Of a stretch of DNA of 64,000 nt, positions 18,880 to 27,436 are shown piece after piece. Position 1 is the stretch's first letter. Every line of letters starts with the position of its first letter. The stretch lies in contig JAWKSP010000002.1 of the NCBI GenBank assembly GCA_041389025.1, forward strand, positions 21,246 through 85,245, given 5' to 3'. This DNA comes from Minisyncoccota bacterium. GTDB lineage: Bacteria; Patescibacteriota; Minisyncoccia; Phycocordibacterales; UBA918. The notes beneath the pieces were generated by a model, which saw only the letters and a list, made by a program, of their open reading frames with translations, ran no database searches and had not been told where the DNA came from. Both the position numbers and the translations under genes were made by a program.

Positions 18880-21645
18880 CTATGATTCTCCAGGGTTTCC
18901 AAGGACGTTAATTCTAGTAGTTGTACTAAAAGTGGTTGGAGTAGCATTTATACAACTTAGTTTAAACAATTGAGTATTAGTAATCAAACTGGTTACAACA
19001 GTGCCACTTACTCTAGTGTTTGAGTCTACCACACCGCTAATAATACTAGGGTTAAATGATAGTGGTGTAAAACTACTTGGTCCGGTTAATTGGCAGTCCA
19101 CATCAATTGATTTCATTTCCCATTCAATTGTAGTTGTGCTACCAGACCTGATAAGAGAAGGATTAGCAGAAAAATCAAATTCTGGGTCAACATCTAAAGC
19201 ATTACCACTATCTGAACCGGTACCGGAACTTGAATCAGCGAGTGAATTTGGATCACTTAGAGTAAAGACAGTTGAATATGATTTTCCGGCTAAGTCAGAT
19301 TGTGAGTAAGTTTCTGGTTCATTAACCTCAATAGTAATTCTTATCGGAGTGTTAATTGGAATATTGTAAAACTCAACTGTTTTTACTGTATCCCAATCAA
19401 CATCAAAGTCGTTAGTAGGATTACTTCCCTGCTTTAAGGTTTGAATAGGTCCAGATGCATTATCTTCAATTGATAAATTATCACCAATATCTAAACTAAC
19501 TAAATATGAAATTGGATTTGATTGTCTGGTCGGATTTTCTAATATTGAAGCGGTATCAAAACTTTGGTCCTGAGCGGCAAAACTAACCTCAATTTTATCG
19601 TAAGTATTTGTAGTATCATCAAAAATACTGGAGCTAGTTGAAATTTCCGGTAGACCCCAGCCTTGGGTTACCAAAAACTTATAGTTTAAGGTATCGGTTG
19701 TTTCCATCCCGTCGGCCGAACCTGCTCCAATGCTATTTACAGCAAACACCTTTAAATAATAATCAGTGCCGTTGCTTAGACCGCTGATACCAATTCGTTT
19801 ATAGTAAGGGATTGTGGTAGTTGATGGTAAAGGTCCTTGCAGATAGCAGCTACTGGCCCAGCTAGCAGCGTAAGCTGAGTCATAGGTTGACGATGCGGCG
19901 TTTAGTTTAAGTGGATCTAAGGCATTTATACTTAGTTGATCAGTTGAATAACATATACCATATTCTTCAATTAAAGAATAACCAGCGTTAGTAATACCCA
20001 GTTGAGGGTTGATGTAATCAGGATTGGTGATGGATGAACCATAATAACCTACTGTTGGTGGAGTTGGGGTGCCGGCAGTTGGGTCAAAAGGCGAAAGATC
20101 AGTGGTAAATGAACCGACTGGTGAAAAGCCCCAGCCAGCATCATTTTTTGCCATCATCCTAAAGTAAACAGTGGTGCTAGCTGGTAAGTTTGTTACGTAG
20201 AAATAAAAAGTGGAGTTACTGCTATTATATCCACTTGTTCTGGTATTACAGGTGCCACTTGAAAGTAATGTAGAAGTACTGTTTGCGTCACTTAATGATG
20301 TTGTCCAACAAACCCCTGTTTCTGTAACAGGTAAGTAGTTGGTGTGAGCATCGGTGGTAGTTCCATAAAGCCAGGCGGTAGAGTTAGTTACTCCATTAAC
20401 CCCATTAATAATTGAACTATAGCTATACAAATTAACCTCAGGAACAGATAGACTTAATGGAACACTGTAATCATAATTACTTGAAGTGGTTGTGTTTCCG
20501 ATATTATCAGTACTTACTATGTAAAATCTGTAGGTGTCGCTTTTACTAAAACTTCCCAAAATATAGGTTACAGAAGTGGAGGTTGTGAATGAAGGATAAA
20601 AAGATGGAATAATTCCATAGGTTGAGCCGGTAGTAAGGTTCTCAACATATAGTTGGCTATTAGCCAACCCAGCATGTGAATCAGCAAGGCTTTGAGTAAC
20701 ACTAACCGAAACTGTACTTGGTGATTCTTCGCTAACTACTTTAAAATCTGTTATTTGAGATGAAGGGGGTGTAGTGTCTATGGTAATTGATTTTACTGAA
20801 GGTAGTCCAGATACCGGTATGCTACCAAATGTCCAAGTCCACTCGGGTGAAGACAGTCTTTCAGTGGTTGATTCACCGTCCAACTCCTCATGAAATGACC
20901 AGAAATATTTTCCGTCAGGAACTCCAGTTGGCAAAGGTATCGCTCTCGTACCTATACCACCACTAGTACTCACTTCCTTAGTGTAAATATCACCTGAAGC
21001 ATGATCTTCTAAATAAAGTTTTATTTTAGTTACATTATTTGTATTATATAAAGATGTAAGCTTGTTTGTTTCAACTAGAAATTCAACTGAAGAAGTGGCG
21101 ATTGCTCCATTGTTTGGAAATGAGGAAGTGGTATTAGGAGAACTTTCTGAAACAGGACTTAGTTGTACATATCCTTTAAAATGGCTACCTCGCATAGCTT
21201 CTAAAGCAGCTGTGTTGCTTGAGTCTGGAAAAAGTGCTGGTGCGGAAAAGGGTTTGTAATTTGCTGAATTCAAAACTAAGACTTGCAAACCATTCTTTGT
21301 TGGGTCAAAACATAGTGACTCTGATTTGTTTACAGCATTATAATTTCTGGTTAAAATCTCGGTTTGGTTAGAAAGACTGTCCTTTATCTTAACAGTCCAT
21401 TTACCAATACTGTTTGAGATTAATGTTTCTGTATCTCTATCTACCAACCATAGTTCAATTGAAGCTTGATTAGCAGAACAATTAACAGTGGCACTATCAT
21501 CTATATACTCCACTCTTGGTGAAAACCAACCAAAAGATTCGTTAGCTAAAACTTGGTTAAAAGAAGCAAAAAATAAAAGAGTTATTAAAAAAAGATAAAA
21601 TGTTGAAAAAATTATTTTTATTTGTGACATAGCTGTAGATTTCAT
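18880..21645 (-). CDS. Large secreted Ser/Thr-rich protein with FN3/Ig-like domains (paralog A)
   Basis: Signal peptide; FN3-like NLPASTTVYFRMMAKNDAGWG and GLSNGTDYYLKVFAVNSIG; paralogous to 22468..25338. Confidence 0.8.
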   Translation of the reverse strand: MKSTAMSQIKIIFSTFYLFLITLLFFASFNQVLANESFGWFSPRVEYIDDSATVNCSANQASIELWLVDRDTETLISNSIGKWTVKIKDSLSNQTEILTRNYNAVNKSESLCFDPTKNGLQVLVLNSANYKPFSAPALFPDSSNTAALEAMRGSHFKGYVQLSPVSESSPNTTSSFPNNGAIATSSVEFLVETNKLTSLYNTNNVTKIKLYLEDHASGDIYTKEVSTSGGIGTRAIPLPTGVPDGKYFWSFHEELDGESTTERLSSPEWTWTFGSIPVSGLPSVKSITIDTTPPSSQITDFKVVSEESPSTVSVSVTQSLADSHAGLANSQLYVENLTTGSTYGIIPSFYPSFTTSTSVTYILGSFSKSDTYRFYIVSTDNIGNTTTSSNYDYSVPLSLSVPEVNLYSYSSIINGVNGVTNSTAWLYGTTTDAHTNYLPVTETGVCWTTSLSDANSTSTLLSSGTCNTRTSGYNSSNSTFYFYVTNLPASTTVYFRMMAKNDAGWGFSPVGSFTTDLSPFDPTAGTPTPPTVGYYGSSITNPDYINPQLGITNAGYSLIEEYGICYSTDQLSINALDPLKLNAASSTYDSAYAASWASSCYLQGPLPSTTTIPYYKRIGISGLSNGTDYYLKVFAVNSIGAGSADGMETTDTLNYKFLVTQGWGLPEISTSSSIFDDTTNTYDKIEVSFAAQDQSFDTASILENPTRQSNPISYLVSLDIGDNLSIEDNASGPIQTLKQGSNPTNDFDVDWDTVKTVEFYNIPINTPIRITIEVNEPETYSQSDLAGKSYSTVFTLSDPNSLADSSSGTGSDSGNALDVDPEFDFSANPSLIRSGSTTTIEWEMKSIDVDCQLTGPSSFTPLSFNPSIISGVVDSNTRVSGTVVTSLITNTQLFKLSCINATPTTFSTTTRINVLGNPGES

Positions 21646-21654
21646 AAAAAAATA

Positions 21655-22395
21655 CTAAAGAGCAAACAGTTGCGGATAACCAGTAACTGTTATGGTACCA
21701 GACTTAGCTACTGATGAAGATTTAATTATTTGACCATCAATTGATATCTTGTCACCCACTTGCAAGTTGTTTAAAGTTATTTTGTTACCGTTTATAAGAA
21801 CCTCAAACTTCCCAGTTTTATCTATAAAAAAATAACCGGAACCATCTGATTTTGAAATCACTATACGATCTGATTCAATTGCATAAACAGCTCCATTTCC
21901 AGTAAAGTAACTGGTGTCAGTCGAATTATCTTTAGAAACAACTTCTACACTAGCATTGGCACTTAGATATGTTTTTGGAATATTGTTTTCTGTAGCTGGT
22001 AAGGTTTCAGTTTTTCCGTCAGCATATTTAACTAAAATATCAGGTGTTTGAATAGGTACATAATCCAAATTAGAGTTGGTGGCCATAGTGGTCGGTAGAC
22101 TGGTTTTTGTAACTGTATCTATTTCAGATTGTGATAAAATTTGTACTGAATTTACTTCTTTGTCCTCAGTAATATTTGCTGGTTTTCTTACAGCTGGAAG
22201 CATTTTTAAACGCTCTGAAGCAATTTGGTCTTCAGTTAAAATATTAACATTTGGTACAGAAAAGTTTTGAGGATAACTAAGAATGTTTACTTTGTTATCA
22301 ATGTATATATAAGAACCAAAAAAAGCAAAAGCAACCACAATAAAAAAATAAGTAGTATTACGAAGTAGTTGCCTCTCCTCAAAATTATTTAACAT
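21655..22395 (-). CDS. Membrane-anchored protein with C-terminal OB-fold-like (DUF5666-like) domain
   Basis: N-terminal TM; C-terminal ITLNNLQVGDKISIDG; paralog of 25357..26121. Confidence 0.65.
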   Translation of the reverse strand: MLNNFEERQLLRNTTYFFIVVAFAFFGSYIYIDNKVNILSYPQNFSVPNVNILTEDQIASERLKMLPAVRKPANITEDKEVNSVQILSQSEIDTVTKTSLPTTMATNSNLDYVPIQTPDILVKYADGKTETLPATENNIPKTYLSANASVEVVSKDNSTDTSYFTGNGAVYAIESDRIVISKSDGSGYFFIDKTGKFEVLINGNKITLNNLQVGDKISIDGQIIKSSSVAKSGTITVTGYPQLFAL

Positions 22396-22431
22396 AATTA
22401 TTTACAAATTATACTGCATAATAACTAAAGA

Positions 22432-22465
22432 AAAAAACACCACCTGTGAAAAGGTGGTGTTTTTT
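22432..22465 (-). terminator. Intrinsic terminator after paralog B
   Basis: AAAAAACACCACCT-gtgaaa-AGGTGGTGTTTTTT. Confidence 0.75.
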
Positions 22466-22467
22466 GA

Positions 22468-25338
22468 TTAAGTTTCCTCTTGTGAACCTATCACCGTAAC
22501 TCTGGTGTCAGGCGATGAATAAATATTTGTACCAGCAGCAGTACATTCGAGTTTAAATATTTGTGTGCTAGCTAAGTTGGCAGAATCAAAACTACCTCCG
22601 ATTCTTCCGCTAGGTAAATTTGAACTATAGGTAGGATCTGCGGGATCAAAAATTGTCGGTACACCAGTATCCATGGGACCGCTAAAACTGCATGTAAATA
22701 CACCTGGTGCGACACTATCCATCTCCCATTCAAGTGTTGTATTTCTATCCTTTCTTATTAGCGCTGGGTTAGCTGTTAAGCTTATATGAGGATCGGTTGC
22801 GGCGGTTGAGTTGGCATTTGAATTTGTTTGATCAGATGGAAAACTGTTTGGTGGGTACAGTGTACCAAGTAATATTTTGGTTTTATCAAAGTCGCAATTT
22901 GGTTTTGGTGATGGGGTGCTAGTTAAGGGTGCACATGAATAAGAGGTTGGTTCAGGATTTAAAGTAACCTCAATTTTGTATTGTCCAAGAGGAACATCGG
23001 TAAAACTTATATCGTCTATGTCAAGGTATCCACCTTGTGGTGTAGCTGGTATACTACCAGTTTTAGTCTCTTTTAATATAAGATTGTTTGAAGCATCAAG
23101 ACCATAATAAATTCTTGCTTCATAATTTATAGACCTTCTTGCAACGGAGCCCATTGGATTTAAATTATATACAAGACTTGTTTGATCGGTTGGGTTATAA
23201 CTTTCATCGTAAGCGATTACTTTTATATCTACATTATCGTATCTACCAAGCGTACTATCAAAATTACCTAAATACACTTTACCTAAACTTGTTCTGTCAA
23301 CATCGGTGTTATGAAAATAATGACTAAAATGATAGTAAGGAACGACAGTTGATATTTGAGCGTTAGCGAAGCTGTATTCTTCTTCGGTAGATATTCGAGT
23401 AGCTGGTGTCGATAAATCAGCTAAATCATTAAGAAGGAAGGCTCGAAAATAATATGTAGTATTGGGTGATAAACCTAAAAAAGATGGATTGGCTGTAAAT
23501 GGTACGTTAGATGTATTGTTGTTCCAAGATAAACCCGAAGCATTATTTGTTGGGAATAAATTGCAATTTGGATTAACTGTATTTAAAGCATTTGGATAAA
23601 AATTATTTCTATCATCCACATCCAAAAACCAGCACATACCATATAAATCAACATTTCTAGCATGTGTTTTTCTTATTGTAATAGCTGAGCGTATAAAATT
23701 TGTGCTTGGTAATAAACTATCAATGGTAATTTCTACTCTATCTTGATTATTTGGATCAGTAAAAATTGCTGTTGTAGTTATTGAACTATTACTAGTCATC
23801 CCCCAACCAACTGGATTGTGAGCAAATACTCTAAAGTGGACAGTAGTATCTGGAGGCAAACCTGATGCAATTCTGTTAAAGGTATAACTAGAGGAATTTA
23901 GACTAGCTACATCTGTACCGGTGTTTTCACAAGTAATAGAGCCGCTAGGTAAATTATCTAAATCACCGTCGTTGTCTGTGTCGAGTAAAGTTATATCATT
24001 AGTTTTGAAAGATGATATATCACCGTTTACACTAGACCAGCAAACATAAGCTGAATCAATTCCAAAAGGATTGCCGGTATCATTCCAAACAGCGTTTATT
24101 TGTTTTTTGCTGGTGTCAGTTAAAATATCTGTATAAGGAGGGCTATCAAGTGAAATATCAGGAGGATTCGAAGAAGATAAGTCAGGTATGGAAATCGTAT
24201 AGGGTCCGTAAGTTCGATTATTGCCCAAGTTGTCAACGGCTGTAATATAAAAACCATAATTTTTTCCCATATCGAGGTTTGACATAGTGTAATTTAAACT
24301 AAAACTAGAAGTGTAGTCTGGCACTGAATTGTTACTAAAGACAGGTTGAAATGTCATTCCACTGTCTTCGCTATATGATATTTGATAACTTTGTATACCC
24401 GAACCATCATTACTATCGTTAATGGTATAATTGAAACTAACATCAACAGTTGTTGGGCCAACTATATTTGAAACAACTAAATTACTTATATTCGAAATCG
24501 GTGCTGTTCCATCGATAATAACAGATTCAGTCGCTGGAACAGCTGAGGTTGGAATTTTGGAAAAAGTCCAACCACTAGAGTTTGCAGTATTATTTAACTG
24601 AGCGTGCATACTCCATAGATACAGGCCATCCTCAGTAAACGAGATATAGCCAGGTGGTGTACTTATTCTGGAAACAGCTGGGTTTACAACTGAATAGTCA
24701 AACTCATTTATTATATTGTTTTTTGAAAAATAAAATTTTATGGTGTCCACACCAGCGTTTCCATATAAAGTATCTGTATCATTTAAATCAACAGAAAAAG
24801 TAGCATCGCTGGGAGTGTAAGAATTAGCCAAGGTACTAGTTACTAAATCAGGAGTGGTTTGACTTCGTGGTTTTAGTTCAACATAACCAATAAAATGTTG
24901 GCCTATTAAGGATGTATCTGGTGTGGTTGAGTAAACCACTGGTCCACTATAATAACGATAATCTCCCCCGCCACCAGTGTAATTTACCCTAATCCCTTGT
25001 GTTGTGGCATTAAAGCAAATAGGATCAGATTTCTTAGTACCGGCTGAATAAGAAAAATTACGAACAGCAGTTTTAGTATTTTTATTAACAACATTCACGT
25101 TCCAAGTAGAATTTGGGCCTGATATCAAATTTTTAGTCTTAGCTTTAACCAAATGAACCTCAATAGAGGTTTCTTGAGATGAACAAGAAGCTGGGCCTAC
25201 ATAATCAACTCTGGGAGCAAACCAACCATACGAACCAGCGGCCTCAGAGTAGTTGATTCCAATAAATAAAAAACTAAAAAAGAAAGTAATACTTAGAAAT
25301 AAGTTTATTCCAATACATTTATTTATTTTATTATACAT
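22468..25338 (-). CDS. Large secreted protein with FN3/Ig-like domains (paralog B)
   Basis: Signal peptide; GLPPDTTVHFRVFAHNPVGWG and GLSPNTTYYFRAF; same N- and C-terminal motifs as paralog A. Confidence 0.8.
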   Translation of the reverse strand: MYNKINKCIGINLFLSITFFFSFLFIGINYSEAAGSYGWFAPRVDYVGPASCSSQETSIEVHLVKAKTKNLISGPNSTWNVNVVNKNTKTAVRNFSYSAGTKKSDPICFNATTQGIRVNYTGGGGDYRYYSGPVVYSTTPDTSLIGQHFIGYVELKPRSQTTPDLVTSTLANSYTPSDATFSVDLNDTDTLYGNAGVDTIKFYFSKNNIINEFDYSVVNPAVSRISTPPGYISFTEDGLYLWSMHAQLNNTANSSGWTFSKIPTSAVPATESVIIDGTAPISNISNLVVSNIVGPTTVDVSFNYTINDSNDGSGIQSYQISYSEDSGMTFQPVFSNNSVPDYTSSFSLNYTMSNLDMGKNYGFYITAVDNLGNNRTYGPYTISIPDLSSSNPPDISLDSPPYTDILTDTSKKQINAVWNDTGNPFGIDSAYVCWSSVNGDISSFKTNDITLLDTDNDGDLDNLPSGSITCENTGTDVASLNSSSYTFNRIASGLPPDTTVHFRVFAHNPVGWGMTSNSSITTTAIFTDPNNQDRVEITIDSLLPSTNFIRSAITIRKTHARNVDLYGMCWFLDVDDRNNFYPNALNTVNPNCNLFPTNNASGLSWNNNTSNVPFTANPSFLGLSPNTTYYFRAFLLNDLADLSTPATRISTEEEYSFANAQISTVVPYYHFSHYFHNTDVDRTSLGKVYLGNFDSTLGRYDNVDIKVIAYDESYNPTDQTSLVYNLNPMGSVARRSINYEARIYYGLDASNNLILKETKTGSIPATPQGGYLDIDDISFTDVPLGQYKIEVTLNPEPTSYSCAPLTSTPSPKPNCDFDKTKILLGTLYPPNSFPSDQTNSNANSTAATDPHISLTANPALIRKDRNTTLEWEMDSVAPGVFTCSFSGPMDTGVPTIFDPADPTYSSNLPSGRIGGSFDSANLASTQIFKLECTAAGTNIYSSPDTRVTVIGSQEET

Positions 25339-25356
25339 AAAAATAAAACTAAAAAA

Positions 25357-26121
25357 TTAAAGACTAATAAAGGTTATTCCTTTAAAAATTACTGTTTTTG
25401 TGTCTAAGACGTGTGTTACACCATGATATCCATAACCCTCAACTGAAATTTTGTCACCCTCATTTAATTCGTTGGGTGAAAAGGGTTTACCGTTAACCAA
25501 AAAATTAGTTTTATTGTCATATTTAGACGTAGCCAAACCCTTACCGTTATCTTGCATAAAAACAATGTAATTATTTACATAATCTATTTCGTGAATTGTA
25601 CCCTCTAAAAACATAAAAGTTTTTTCACCTGTATCTGAAATAGCTTTTATTTCTTCATCACTGGGCGGAGTTTTTGATTGGTTGTATTCTTCTCTACTAA
25701 CGGTTTTAGTTTCAAAAATAACTGTTCCATCCGGCATTATCTCTTTAACTTTTTTTACTTCAACCACATCATTGTTTGTCGGATCTGGGTTTTCAGTTAT
25801 TGCGCCGCTTGGTATTGTGGTCTCGATAACTTTCATTCCACCAGTTTGCGTTATATTTGGTTGGTTATTAATGGCAACGTCTGTCTCATTTGAAGTTTCT
25901 ATTCTTTGATTAAAATCAACTAACTTTTGTTTTTCAAACTGGAATTCCTGCTCTGAAAGCAAACTAATGCTAGGTACGGTGACATTTTCTGGATACGGTT
26001 CAACTACTGAAGACCTGTTTTCTGTATAAGTAATGATAATTACGACTAAAACTAAAACGCCCAAAAAAGCGTAAGTGAGATACTTTAGTATCAAATTTTC
26101 TTTTTCTTGTTGTGGTTGCAT
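25357..26121 (-). CDS. Membrane-anchored protein with C-terminal OB-fold-like domain
   Basis: N-terminal TM; YPENVTVPSI motif; C-terminal SPNELNEGDKISVEG. Confidence 0.65.
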   Translation of the reverse strand: MQPQQEKENLILKYLTYAFLGVLVLVVIIITYTENRSSVVEPYPENVTVPSISLLSEQEFQFEKQKLVDFNQRIETSNETDVAINNQPNITQTGGMKVIETTIPSGAITENPDPTNNDVVEVKKVKEIMPDGTVIFETKTVSREEYNQSKTPPSDEEIKAISDTGEKTFMFLEGTIHEIDYVNNYIVFMQDNGKGLATSKYDNKTNFLVNGKPFSPNELNEGDKISVEGYGYHGVTHVLDTKTVIFKGITFISL

Positions 26122-26196
26122 AACAATTATATTTTATTGAATTATAACAGCCACCTCTACAAAGTATTTATTTCAACTGTTAATAAAATATAAAAG

Positions 26197-27432
26197 TTAT
26201 TTTTTAAAGGATTTTTGATTTAGATTTCTAAAATAATTTATAGCAAATCTATGTGCTTCTGCATTCGCCAACAGTATTTCGTCTTTGTACTTCCCAACGA
26301 TTTTATTTGAAGAAACAATTTTTATCGGCTTGTGTTTATCGTTTTTTACCACCGACACCACCGGTATGGATAAATTATTTTCTTTTAAAACACTTTCGGC
26401 GGCTGTTTTTTGTATTGTGTTACCGTCAACCACTATCAAGTTTGGTAATATCCACTCTTTATGCTCCAATCGTCTCATCAAAACTTCTTTTAACGCTGCC
26501 GGATCATTGGCGTCAGACAAGGTTTTTATTTTGAATTTTCGGTAGTCACTATTTTTAGTTTGACAATCTTCAATTACAACCATTACTCCAACCATGTCTT
26601 TACCACGATAATGCGCAACATCATATCCTTCTATTCTAAAACTTTTACCGTCTTGAAATCGTTTATAATCATTATTTATTAAGGAAATGTCATTAATATG
26701 TTTGAGGCCAAAAATTCTTTTCTTGTAGATGCTAGCTTTTTCAAACGCTTCTTTTTTGGCTGCCAACATCATTTCCTTTTCGAGTTCTTTTATAATTATT
26801 TGCTTTTTTCCTTGAAATAAAAGAGCGATATGTTTAATAGTTTTATTATATTCATCTTTATTGTCAACCTCAGGATATAGTCCTATTTGACGATTAAAAT
26901 CAATTTGGCCTTTAATCATTTTTGATTTTTCCTTCCCGATTGGTAATCGGGTGTCATAATACTTAAAAAGTCGCCTAACTACTTTTAATGCTTCACGTAA
27001 TAATGAAGCGCTGGTAAACGGTCCGAATTCATATTTAAGATCTTTCTTACTAAATTTTTCAGTTAAATCTTTACCTCTTACCAAAAGAACTCGGGGGTAA
27101 TCTTCTTTTGTGATTATAAGATGATTATAACTTTTATCATCTTTGCTTCTAGTATTATATTTGGGTTTATGAGATCTTATTAGGTTGGTTTCCAGTATAA
27201 GGGCCTCTAAAACGCTTTCGGTTTCGGTATAATCTACATCAAAAGACTCGGTCACCATTTTTTTTATTAATTCTGAGCGCTTTATTTCTATATCACTAGA
27301 AAAATAACTTGATACTCTGTTTTTTAAAGATGTGGCCTTACCAATATATAAAATTTCTTTTTTAGAACCACGAAAAAAGTACACTCCCGGTTTATCTGGT
27401 AGCTCATTAATTTTAAAATCAGTTCTTTTCAT
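26197..27432 (-). CDS. uvrC: Excinuclease ABC subunit C (short form)
   Basis: GIY-YIG (PGVYFF..YIGKATSLKNRV), UVR helix, RNase H-like IEGYDVAH and VDG; no HhH tail. Confidence 0.9.
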   Translation of the reverse strand: MKRTDFKINELPDKPGVYFFRGSKKEILYIGKATSLKNRVSSYFSSDIEIKRSELIKKMVTESFDVDYTETESVLEALILETNLIRSHKPKYNTRSKDDKSYNHLIITKEDYPRVLLVRGKDLTEKFSKKDLKYEFGPFTSASLLREALKVVRRLFKYYDTRLPIGKEKSKMIKGQIDFNRQIGLYPEVDNKDEYNKTIKHIALLFQGKKQIIIKELEKEMMLAAKKEAFEKASIYKKRIFGLKHINDISLINNDYKRFQDGKSFRIEGYDVAHYRGKDMVGVMVVIEDCQTKNSDYRKFKIKTLSDANDPAALKEVLMRRLEHKEWILPNLIVVDGNTIQKTAAESVLKENNLSIPVVSVVKNDKHKPIKIVSSNKIVGKYKDEILLANAEAHRFAINYFRNLNQKSFKK

Positions 27433-27436
27433 GGAC

